Positions 46,062-56,010 of a DNA stretch of 64,000 bases are shown here, one piece after another. The stretch comes from Minutocellus sp. GHC0000111 (taxonomy: Eukaryota): positions 1,798,001 to 1,862,000 of the forward strand of contig OZ361260.1 of the NCBI GenBank assembly GCA_977018835.1. The letters run 5' to 3'. The position numbers and the translations under genes were made by a program. The notes below the pieces were generated by a model that did no database searches, had not been told where the DNA came from, and saw only the letters and a list, made by a program, of their open reading frames with translations. Positions within the stretch are counted from its first letter, which is position 1. Each line of letters opens with the position of its first letter.

Positions 46062-48157
46062 ATGAAGATTGCATCGGAACGTGACGCCATGGTCCGTCGG
46101 GCGGCCAGTTCCAATGCTACCTCGGCCTTGGATCGGCTGTCCGATCAGGATTCCGCCTCGTCCCGCAAACAGGCTACGCTGGTCGTTGCCATCCTCAGTC
46201 TGTTCGCTGGTATCCTCCTGTTCAAATACGAGGAGGTGGCCGAATTCCTATCGGGTCACGAAGAGGACATAGTGATCAAACCTGACCAGCCCAGTCAGAG
46301 CAAAGGTGGATTCCTCGGCGGATTGTTCGGTGGCGATGACGACGACAATTATGACGACGATGACGACGGTGGCGGTGGTGGATGGGGCGGAATTCCTGGC
46401 GCTCTCGGCGGTTTGTTTGGTGGTGGCAGCGGTGGGGGAAGGCACATCAGCCCTACAAGAGTGCGTCAGCCCTGCTGGATGATTTTTTGGCCGCCCGTGG
46501 CGAGTTTGATGAGCACCTAAGAGCCGATTATGGTGACTATGCCGCCAAAGTTTTCAACAAGACGAGTATCATGTCTGCCTTCGACCGACCGAGCAGCTTA
46601 TCCGACGTTAGATTGAAACGAAGGATGAAAGTCAAGGTCATTGAGGCACAGCTTGGAATTGGAAGTTCATATAACGACGATGACGACAGCACTACCTTCA
46701 CTTGGGTGACCGGTGGGCATTCTGCCGCTGCTGGACATGGCAACCTCTTGAATCAGAGCTACACAGCTGCAGTCGGTCGGGCAGCGAAAATTGTATTCGA
46801 TGCCGTTGGGGTTGACTTTCGTGCCAAGGCTCGAGCCATGGGCGGCACAAGCTCAGGACCCGAAATTTCTCTGTGCGGTGAGGCCATCTTTGGTCAGGAC
46901 ATTGACGTTTTGTGGTGGGATTATGGAATGACCGATGGGCGTGACCATTCCAAGTATTGGCTTTGGGCCAATCGCGCTGGGTCTCATCCGACCTTTCCCA
47001 CTCTCATTACCTATCACGATCGGAAAGGGGGTATTCACGTAGAGCTGGAGAAGGCAGGGCAGTCAGCATATCAGTTGAGCCAAATCGGCTCTCTTCGGGA
47101 ACAATTCCCGGACTCAGATACGCATCCTGACCCGAACTCTCTTCCACGAGCAGTAGCCTGGTTCATGTGTGGTGGCCACCACGAGAATGACGATCCATGT
47201 AAAGAGTATATATTTGCCACGAACCCTCCATGCAAAGAAGCAAAATTCCAGACTAGTTGGCATAATGGGTGGAAGGATCACTTGCTTATTGGGTCGGCGT
47301 CGGCGACGCTACTTGCCAATATGTTACAGGAGGCCTTGGAGGAGATGGTTGCAAGAGAAAAGAATGATCCTGATGCCGTTTCATCAATATCAGAGGAATA
47401 TTTAAAGCAACTGAAATCGGAGGAAAAGGTCGACAGAAATGTCTTTCGCAACTCGACGCTTCCATCAGACCGTTGAGATTCGGCCAGCGTCGATGATAAC
47501 GTTTGGAGGTCGTTCCTTCGGGGACACCCCGTATGTCATGGCGCCCGTTTACCTAGCGATGCCCGCTTCCTTGGTCTTGTTACAAATAGCCGAAATAAAA
47601 GCACTCACATCGAGCATGGGTACCACGTCGGATACGAGGTGGGTTACGCACGGGAGAGGGATATGCCAGAGCCTGAACCAGAGAATGATGCCACGCCGCC
47701 TGCCCTTACTGTGCTAAGCATGCGTCAAGAATGCGAGGTCCCTCTGAATCATGACTACAAGGATGCGTGGATTGTTCGATATTCTGATAAATGGATGACT
47801 GATATTTATCCCAATAACGCCGAGGCTGAGGTTTTGACCAAGCCGTATGCCGATTTTGAGAAGACCAAGAAGGGTTATGTCATGATGTGCACTGTAGGGT
47901 GTGACTGGGGGAAATGTCCACCAGGATATACACACATTCGAGAGGTTATTGACGGGAATCTAACTGTGGTTATCGATGGCACAATGGCCAAAGATTCTGT
48001 CCCTATCAACCCAGATTGCTCTCTACTCAAGACAGAAGACGGCGGATACAGTTTTGGCACAGGAACGAAAGACGGTCGAAATGGACAGTATGAGATGAAA
48101 TTCAGGGTCAACAAGGCCCTGGGAAAGCTATTGCTATCGGCAGTCATCGTGGTTTAA
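46062..48157 (+). pseudogene. type II membrane SGNH-like protein; frameshift at 46434-46438 and in-frame TGA at 47474-47476
   Basis: N-terminal TM, then TGGHSAAAGHG, AMGGTSSGPE, WDYGMTD and SWHNGWK. ORFs 46382.. and 47639.. are in the same frame, separated only by the TGA. Confidence 0.72.
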
Positions 48158-48280
48158 GTAATGATAAGAAGTACCGAAATATTTTCTTTAAAAAAATCTT
48201 CAAAATGTTGCACGTTTGAATGCGAATTGAGCTCATACAATTCTCTGGAGGCTGATAGGTGCAGTTTGCAAATGTTGATA

Positions 48281-48364
48281 TTCGCCAGACTTTCAGAGGC
48301 AACAGGCCAATGCATGCTTGTCAAAAAGCTACTTGGCCTCTGCTGCTCGTCATTCGCCAGCGAA
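48281..48364 (-). promoter_or_regulatory. SECIS element in msrA 3' UTR
   Basis: On the minus strand: helix I TTCGCTGG/CTGGCGAA, core ATGAC...TGAA, helix II GAGCAGCAGAGGCC/GGCCTGTTGCCTC, AA at the loop base, and apical mini-stem GCTT/AAGC. It starts about 70 nt after the stop codon. Confidence 0.82.
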
Positions 48365-48435
48365 TTATCACATGAGATGCAAATACCACCAATCCACCCG
48401 AATACAAGCCGGAAATTTTTACGTCCGAGCTAGAA

Positions 48436-49332
48436 TTACCAACCACGGAATGCCCTCGCCGCCTTTTGTTTGTTCAAGAAGTCTTGGTGGTATTCCTCGG
48501 CCTGGTAAAATGGTCCAACAGGCTCGACATCGGCGTACACCTTCTTCCCTTCTCCTCGCTTACTCTGCAACTCGGCAATGACGGCCTCTTTTGCCGCCTT
48601 TTGGTCTTCATTCCGATACCAAATAGCTGATCGATACTGACACTTCTGAGGGAAGAAGGGAGAATGGCTTTTGGCCCAAACGTCCAATATCTTTTCATAG
48701 GAGATCATCCCAGGGTCAAATTCAATAAGAACTGCCTCGGTCGCATCCTTGATCGAACTGTATGTGGGAAATGCCTCGGAACCCCCAGTGTAGCCTACCA
48801 CAACGCGCTTGACACCATCCATGTCCTGATAATCGCGTTCCGGGTGCCAAAATCAACTGTGTCCCCGTTTTTGCCATCGTAGTGGAAAGGAGATTTTGGT
48901 CAAGAGTTGTGGGCATCCACATGACATAGAACAGGTTAACCAAGAATTAGAATCAGGTTAGAGTGACGATTGCTAATATTTTCTGATGGCTCTCGGTCCG
49001 GATTAGGGACCAAACACAAACAAACGAGCAGTCAATCAAAGATATGCTCACCCGAGAGCGATCACAGCCACGTCAAAAGACTTGGATAGGAGTGGCGTAG
49101 TCGGTATCTCCGGGCACTCTTCTCCAGAACCGTACGACATGTTCATGGTGGTACGTGTCGTCACAGTGGTGACAGGCGACTGGCGACGAGACAGTAGGGC
49201 AGACACTGAGTGCTGGGCTGGCGACGGAGCAACAAACGCCTGCGCCAATGGGAGACTGTTGGTGATCGATGCGGCTACTGCTAGGCCAGCGAACGCAGCG
49301 GCGGTAGCACCGACGGTTGGTCGGTTGACCAT
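48436..49332 (-). CDS. msrA: plastid-targeted selenocysteine-containing peptide methionine sulfoxide reductase A, 2 exons (49332-49052, 48856-48436)
   Basis: Splicing intron 49051-48857 gives ...ALG-TGA-FWHPE (GUFW, normally GCFW), in frame with VVGYTGG, EAV, QYRSAI and FYQAEEYHQ. Presequence …AQA-FV. SECIS downstream. Confidence 0.92.
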
Positions 49333-49743
49333 GTTTTGTTCTTCGAAATTGATGAAAATGGCTGAGCTGACGACTGACGACGGCGAAGAGCGCAAAGCTC
49401 GCGAGATATTGTTTTATGCGGAGCACCAGGGTGACGCTGACCCAAACAAACTTGTGCGTCGGCAAGACTGACAATCGGTGGGTTATTGGTATTTTCCATA
49501 ACACAACGCGAGCAATCGACGTGGTTTGAGCTGACGCATCATCGCCTCAACCACCGAAAGCTTTGTCTGCGTTTTCGCCGCCTGATTCGCCACAATTTGT
49601 TAGCTGGTGCTCTCGTTCGCAAGAGACCGGATAACTACACCTTGTTGGTCTTGCTTTCGTTGCAGTCCCAACTCCTTCTCTTTGTCTATATCGATAGACT
49701 GCCTTTTGCTCTCTTTCGTTCGTCGGAATAAAAACAACACATC

Positions 49744-51403
49744 ATGTGCCGCGTTACCACCCGAAGCCGTAGCGGAGCCGAGCAGCTCAAGAAGGAGGAC
49801 CAGTGGGTCGAGGACTTCGACGTCGTCGCCTTCACGGCCGACATCAAGGCCCTCGGCGAGGAGCTCGAGAAGCAGCAGGGAGAGGCCGACGTCCGCCATC
49901 TCAACAAGATGATCGGCTGGTCCAACGCCTGTGCCGCCGTTGGTCTGCTGACCATGGGATTGGGCGTCAACTTCGTCTCCATCTTCGCCCTGTCCACGTG
50001 GACTTTCACCCGGTGGACCATGATCGCCCATCACACCTGCCACGGTGGATACGATCGCTGCCACCCCAACAAGGGACGGCGGAACCGCTTCAAGTTTGCC
50101 ATCGGCAGCACCTGGCGTCGCATCTGCGATTGGCTCGGTAAGTGCTGTTTAGCTTTAGAGTGAAGAAGACTGCAGGCTGGTATTGGCATTGTTTCGTCAT
50201 GTCGCCTCGATTACGGCGGTCATCAATCGATCGTGAAAATTTGGAATCTCGGATATAGCTCGATTCGGTCGTGAACTATACCATTTGTGCCCTATACTCA
50301 TATATTTTGTCCTTTGCTATCTTCTCTCTTCTTGTTGCTGTTGTTGGTTTGATTTGATCATTGGACCTTTTCTTTGGTGTTTCGTCTGGCTGGCCTCGGC
50401 TCTTTTTTGGTTGGGATTGAATCTCAATATATGCGATGTGAAATAATGATGTTCAAACATATCAGACTGGATGATGCCCGAGGCATGGAATGTGGAGCAC
50501 AACAACCGTCATCACTACTGCCTCTCGGAGCTGGATGATCCCGACCTTGTTGAGGAGAACCTGGTTGACCTGCGCAACATGAACATCCCCATGGCTGCCA
50601 AGTATGCCATCGTCTTCTTCAACATGCTCACCTGGAAGTGGTTCTACTACGCCCACAACACCTACAAGGAGCTCAAGTTGGCCCGCCTCCGCCGTCAGGG
50701 CAAGGAGATCCCCGCCGACGTCCACCCCGAGTGGGCTGTCACCATCAAGACTCTCCTCACCTCCGGGTCCCCGTTCTACTCTCTCTGGGAGTTCTTCTCC
50801 ATCGTTGCCGCCCCATACCTCATCATCCACTTCCTCCTCCTGCCCCTGCCCCTCCTCTTCGTTGGTCAGTACCTCAACATGGACGGCATGTACGCCTCGG
50901 CCGTCAAGAACCTCGTCCTTGCCGAGCTCCTCACCAACTTCCACGGCTTCGTCGCCGTCGTTACCAACCACGCCGGTAATGACATGTACCGCTTCCGCAA
51001 CGGTTGCCGTCCCTTCTCCGGATCCTTCTACGTCCGCCAGGTCACCGCTTCTGTCGACTTTGCCTACGGCACCGACCTTTGCGATTTCATGCACGGATAC
51101 CTCAACTACCAGATCGAGCACCACCTTTGGCCCAGCCTCTCCATGCTGAGCTACCAGAAGGCTGCTCCTCTTGTCAGGGATATCTGCAAGAAGCACGGCA
51201 TCCCCTACGTCAAGGAGTCCGTCTTCATCCGACTGAAGAAGACCGTTGACATCACGACCGGTGCCTCTAGCATGCGATGGTTCCCGGAGAGCTACGAGAA
51301 GAAGTACTTGGAGATTGATGCTGTCGCTGAGGCCAAGAAGAGAATGAGCAGCAAGAGCAGCACCAACTCTCTTACCGGACTCAGGACTGGTGCCTCCGAG
51401 TAA
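49744..51403 (+). CDS. membrane fatty-acid desaturase without cytochrome b5 domain, 2 exons (49744-50137, 50466-51403)
   Basis: His boxes HHTCH, HNNRHH and QIEHH. Intron 50138-50465 joins G|AC. Confidence 0.9.
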
Positions 51404-51588
51404 ATTGGGTAGAGCGTCATGATAACAAAAGCTAACAAATTGATTTTTTGAATAAGTTGGTTCTGCTCATCTAGCTAGCTACTCTAGACTGTTATTTAAC
51501 ATCATGGCGTGCGTACACCGAAGACACAACGTATAAACATTCTTGGCGGTTCACAGCATCGTACTAGTACTTTAAAAGCTACTCTAGA

Positions 51589-52515
51589 CTAGATCGAACC
51601 AGCATACTTGCGACGCTTCACCTGAGATCCCTCGACAACAGTACTGCCAGCATGATCTTGATCTGCGTCTCCCTTTTGTATTTCAACAATGAGCTCCTCA
51701 ATACCACCAAGCTGTCCTTGTGCCTTCTTGTCATCAGCTTCGATACCACTCTTCGTCGTGCTTGCATCTCCTTTCGCAGAAATTTCAGCTGAAGCTTTGG
51801 TTGGCACACCGATCATCCTTTGCAATTCTTGCATGTTCTTTTCTTCCTTTTCCTTGTCGCTGAGATATTGATCCCCCACATATGACGCCAATTCTCGTTC
51901 AATAATCGGCATGATAATTGCCTTTATGCGTTCTTCGTCGGTAGTTGTCGCAGTACTAGCACCACCACGCTTCAGCCAACCGCCTGACGATGATGCATTA
52001 CCGGCAGCATTCTCTTTGGCAACTGCATCGGCGCACTTGGTGGCAAGATTATCAATAAAGGCATCCCCAACCATTACTCCCAACACAGCCCGGAGAGAAG
52101 ATACGATACCCTCACGCTCCTCGGCCTTGTCCAGCAATTTCCGTGCTCCTCGTCTCATACTGGCAATCTGATACGCAAGCAAGACGCAACAAAAGGCAGC
52201 CACTATGTTGATCATTTCCGATTTCGAGCGCTTGATGAAGTCCATAAAGCCAGAGCCGAACGGCCGGGCGAGTTCCTCCGCCCTTCGTTTGGCCTGTTGG
52301 TCCATCAGTGCATTCAGTTCAGCATGCAGTTGTGCCGCCTTTGCAGCCTTTTCGTGTAACCGACTCTTCGTTGGGTCAAGCTTGATTGGAGGAGGCTCGA
52401 ATGGCTTCTTTGTTGTCGACGATGAGGATGATGGTCGGACTGTTGCATTGCGAGGACCTGAACATGCGGTGGCCACGGCGGTCGCGGGACGAATCAATGG
52501 ACGGAGGCGTAACAT
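51589..52515 (-). CDS. uncharacterised, probably mitochondrial single-TM coiled-coil protein
   Basis: Arg/Ser/Thr-rich, acid-free N-terminus and one hydrophobic segment (INIVAAFCCVLLAYQIA) in an intact 308-aa ORF. Confidence 0.65.
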   Translation of the reverse strand: MLRLRPLIRPATAVATACSGPRNATVRPSSSSSTTKKPFEPPPIKLDPTKSRLHEKAAKAAQLHAELNALMDQQAKRRAEELARPFGSGFMDFIKRSKSEMINIVAAFCCVLLAYQIASMRRGARKLLDKAEEREGIVSSLRAVLGVMVGDAFIDNLATKCADAVAKENAAGNASSSGGWLKRGGASTATTTDEERIKAIIMPIIERELASYVGDQYLSDKEKEEKNMQELQRMIGVPTKASAEISAKGDASTTKSGIEADDKKAQGQLGGIEELIVEIQKGDADQDHAGSTVVEGSQVKRRKYAGSI

Positions 52516-52794
52516 GAGAGGGGGGTGGGGGGGAGAGATTTATTGATGTGAATGTGAGGAGCTACGGAGCTATTGCCAATTGGTGGGGCGCGCAAGCAAT
52601 ACGAGCGGTTGCTGGCGCGTTGCTCTGCGAAGAGATGAAGCAACGGGATGGGAGGGGCGGCGCCAAGAGGAGCGGAGGGGAGGGGCGCGGCGGCAGCAGG
52701 GGCGGGCGGCGGGGGCGGCACGCTGTGGGAACGGACGACGGACGGATATCGCATCGAACTGAAAGTCATGCCAATCCAAAAAAGATGCGGTATC

Positions 52795-53994
52795 ATGACA
52801 TCCGAAGATCCAACCTCCGCATCGGAAACCAACTTTGATGCGTGCACAACACAAATCCCAATCCTAGATATTCGTCAGTGGGAGTCGGATCCAAAGGCAT
52901 TTGCAGAACAACTACGTTCAGCTTGCCACAACATTGGATTCTTTTTGCTGAAACATGATCTATCACCAGATCTGGTCCGAGCACAGCTTGCCGAGAGTCG
53001 TCAATTCTTCGATCGCCCACTGGAGGAGAAGCTGACGATATCGTATGACACGAGCCCATCCTTTCGAGGATATATGAAAGTTGGATTAGAGAACACTGGG
53101 GGAATCATCGATGTTCGAGAACAGGTCGAGTTTGCTACCGAATATCCAGAGAAGAAGCCTTCCTGCTCATCATTTTCTACTTCAAGACCATACGAGCGTC
53201 TCAAGTCATCAACCAACCCATATCCTGACTCGACGCAACCATCTCTTCGTCAGTTTAGCGAAGAATATGTCGGCGGGGCTCTGGATGTTGCGCGTCGACT
53301 GAGAGAAGCAATGTGCATTGCGCTGGGTTTGGATCGTACTGCTCTCAACTATTTGTTTGGAGAAGTCGGCAACCAAGATAGTAGTGGCTTGAATAATGAA
53401 GATCCTCTCCACTGGGTGATGAAACTCATCTCCTACCCCCCAGCGACTGGTGCTTCTACTAAAGAGCAAGGCGTTGGCGCACACACCGATACTAATTTTC
53501 TGACGCTCGTTTTACAGGATTATAGCGGCGGCTTGCAAGTGCATTCGAATGGTGTTTGGATCGATGTTCCTGCCAAATATGGTCCTGACCTCTTCGTTTG
53601 CAATCTTGGAGAGCAGGCCGAAATCATAAGCAAGGGATACTTTCTTGCAACTCCACACAGAGTAATGCGGAATTCTGGCAGGGAACCTCGAACTTCTGTT
53701 GCACTGTTCTACAATCCAAAACTTTCGTCAGTTGTAGAGCCAATTTGTACCGACAACAACGGAGAGGAGGAGCAACCGAAACAATGGAAAAACAAGTTGG
53801 AGTGGGAAAGAACCGAGGGCAAAAGTGAAGGTTGGAAAATGAAAGGGAATGCGCACCTACAGTGTGTTGGGGCCAACACATTTAAGAGTTTGGCCAGATC
53901 GCATCCTGAAGTTTTTGCAAAGAATCATCCAGATCTTGTGTTGCTGGCGAACGGAGAGATTGTACCGGTAAGTCGGAATGCGATGCCCAGTTAG
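52795..53994 (+). CDS. 2-oxoglutarate/Fe(II) dioxygenase (isopenicillin N synthase-like)
   Basis: IPILDI, AC..IGFF, FRGY, HTD...H triad (AHTD, ATPHRV) and RTS co-substrate motif. Start uncertain. Confidence 0.9.
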   Translation: MTSEDPTSASETNFDACTTQIPILDIRQWESDPKAFAEQLRSACHNIGFFLLKHDLSPDLVRAQLAESRQFFDRPLEEKLTISYDTSPSFRGYMKVGLENTGGIIDVREQVEFATEYPEKKPSCSSFSTSRPYERLKSSTNPYPDSTQPSLRQFSEEYVGGALDVARRLREAMCIALGLDRTALNYLFGEVGNQDSSGLNNEDPLHWVMKLISYPPATGASTKEQGVGAHTDTNFLTLVLQDYSGGLQVHSNGVWIDVPAKYGPDLFVCNLGEQAEIISKGYFLATPHRVMRNSGREPRTSVALFYNPKLSSVVEPICTDNNGEEEQPKQWKNKLEWERTEGKSEGWKMKGNAHLQCVGANTFKSLARSHPEVFAKNHPDLVLLANGEIVPVSRNAMPS

Positions 53995-54248
53995 CTACAT
54001 TACATACTCTTGAGTAAAAGTAGAAGTAGCGGGGTAATAATATTTGATGCAAATGGATGTGAATAAGTCCAAAAAAATACAAATGCTTACATGTGTACGC
54101 TTTGAGCATGGTCAGTGTGTGCCGTCGAAAGTGATGGGTGCGAACCCTCTCGAAAGGTTCGCATGTCGAGGTGTCACCTTCTTCTATTCTCAAAGAAGGC
54201 GAGGCGAAGGCGTGCAACTCCACTCAACACGAGCAATGGCGATGAAAA

Positions 54249-55190
54249 ATGGGGAACCTACTGCCCGTTTCCGTTTGCCCCATCTGCGATTTGGACACCG
54301 ATGATGACGATGATTCGGTCGGCCATGAGTTTTCACATGAGCTAAAATTTGCAGTTTACCGAGAGGGAGCAAACGGTGTCAGCTTTCGTTCGAGCTGGGT
54401 TAGGGTTAGGGCTAGGGTTAGGGCTAACCCTAACCCTAGCAGCAAATCAGCGAGTGAAGACACTTGCCGACCTACGCTTCTCGTTATTTCTGGTAGGGGA
54501 CGCTCAAGAGCCGGAATATTTTCGCGAAAGCAACTGTTAGTGTCAGGCATAGAGGCAGCGACGGCATTCAACACCGTAAAAGAAGGGAGGAAGAGAGGGT
54601 TGAACGTTGTGTTGATGGATCACTACTCACAGCAAGATCCGAATTCACAAATTGACACAATGGATGCATTTGAATCATCCCTGGAGGCAATATTTGCTAG
54701 CGACCAAGAGCAAGATGGGTCCAGTTGGCATTCTTCTTCACATGCATTTGATTCCTCCCGAGGGCCAGTGTTTGTCCTCGCTCACTCCGCGAGTGGTGGC
54801 AAGCTTGTCGTTTCCTTGTTGGAAGGCAAGGCACGAAGACACCTCCTTCCTCGTATTGGCGGTATCGTTTTTACTGACTCAACGCACAACATACAATGGT
54901 GCTCTGGAGTGCAAAGAGTTTGGAACCTGCTGGAGTCACAAAAGTGTCTATACATCCGATCGAATGAGGTTCGATCCTCAAGCTCCTGGCGAGACGGGGA
55001 TGAAACACGTCGAGCGGGAGAGGAAGTCAACGTCGATACATTTTGGGAGCATCGATTTGGAACCATCAGGACAGTGTGGGCAGGGACAGCAGATCATTCT
55101 CTCATGAATATGAAGTCGGTGGGCATTATCTGGAGTCATTTCGATGACCTCATTGCAGCAGCAGCGGAGGAAGGAAGTAATGTAAATTGA
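54249..55190 (+). CDS. Arb2/FAM172-like alpha/beta-hydrolase-fold protein
   Basis: LLVISGRGRSRAGIFSR, AHSASG elbow, FTDSTH and WAGTADHS. Confidence 0.72.
   Translation: MGNLLPVSVCPICDLDTDDDDDSVGHEFSHELKFAVYREGANGVSFRSSWVRVRARVRANPNPSSKSASEDTCRPTLLVISGRGRSRAGIFSRKQLLVSGIEAATAFNTVKEGRKRGLNVVLMDHYSQQDPNSQIDTMDAFESSLEAIFASDQEQDGSSWHSSSHAFDSSRGPVFVLAHSASGGKLVVSLLEGKARRHLLPRIGGIVFTDSTHNIQWCSGVQRVWNLLESQKCLYIRSNEVRSSSSWRDGDETRRAGEEVNVDTFWEHRFGTIRTVWAGTADHSLMNMKSVGIIWSHFDDLIAAAAEEGSNVN
54397..54438. repeat. head-to-head interstitial telomeric repeat (TTAGGG)n/(CCCTAA)n inside a CDS
   Basis: The sequence reads GGGTTAGGGTTAGGGCTAGGGTTAGGG-C-TAACCCTAACCCTA. Confidence 0.93.
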
Positions 55191-56010
55191 ATTGTAGAGA
55201 AGAAGATGAAACTGGTATTGTGTACATGTAGGAATTGCTAGCTACATGGCTATTGCTAGCTACATGGCTAGAGCTAGCTAGACTACATGTACCTAGGTAC
55301 ATTGTCTTCTGTGCGTTCAACCACCAGGTTATGTCGATCTCGTTAATGTTTGTGTAGCAAGTTGCTATGTGTAGCAAAATCTAATTCCTTTTCATTCTTC
55401 ATATCATCATGCAATTTAGATATTTGTGGCTGGCTGGACGACTGAGTAGCTACGTAGCTGTGTGGCGATCCTAGCTACGTAGCTCCACAGCCTAGCTGGC
55501 ACACATTGAATTGCTCAATAGGAGGGTAAATGTGCGCTCAAAGTGTCAAACGTTGGCAGAAACTTGAATTGTGAGGGACCCCGCTGCTGTGCATGCTGCT
55601 GCTGATGAAGGCGAGAGCCCGCGCCAGAGTAGTGGGAGCGCGACGCGAGACTCGCGCGCGAGACACACTCGGCGCCGTACCTACGGCTACGTACGGCCAC
55701 GTTGCGGTGCCCCCTGCCTTCCAGCCTTTCGCCGACTGGTCACAAGATGTATGTGTCGTATCCTGCTTATGCCGGCCAGGCTCCAATCGATCACCCCAGC
55801 CAACATTCCGTGTGCGTGTGACTGAACTGAAGAACGGAGGGCGGGCACCAGGTGCCTCGTACATGAACTAGTTCGCTACGTCGTTGTGCAGAACGAACGC
55901 AGGAACACCAAACGGGCGAATCGAATCGAATCCGGCATTAGGCACACCGCACCGAACCGCACCGAGCGAGAACAAGACCACACTCTAATAATTAGCGCGC
56001 GGCGAAGCAA

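Noticed and set aside
16601..47476. Stop-codon reassignment as explanation for the in-frame TAG/TGA codons
   Set aside because: TAG, TGA and TAA all terminate intact genes in this window, and most of the affected genes also carry frameshifts or insertions.
47474..47476. Selenocysteine at the TGA in the SGNH-like gene
   Set aside because: There is no redox-motif context, the nearby SECIS is on the opposite strand (it belongs to msrA), and the gene has a separate frameshift.
18255..49332. Cluster of plastid-targeted genes (RRM, Tic20, CGLD27, FKBP, EngB, MsrA) as a functional island
   Set aside because: They have unrelated functions, are interspersed with non-plastid genes, and are not clearly more than expected for a diatom chromosome.
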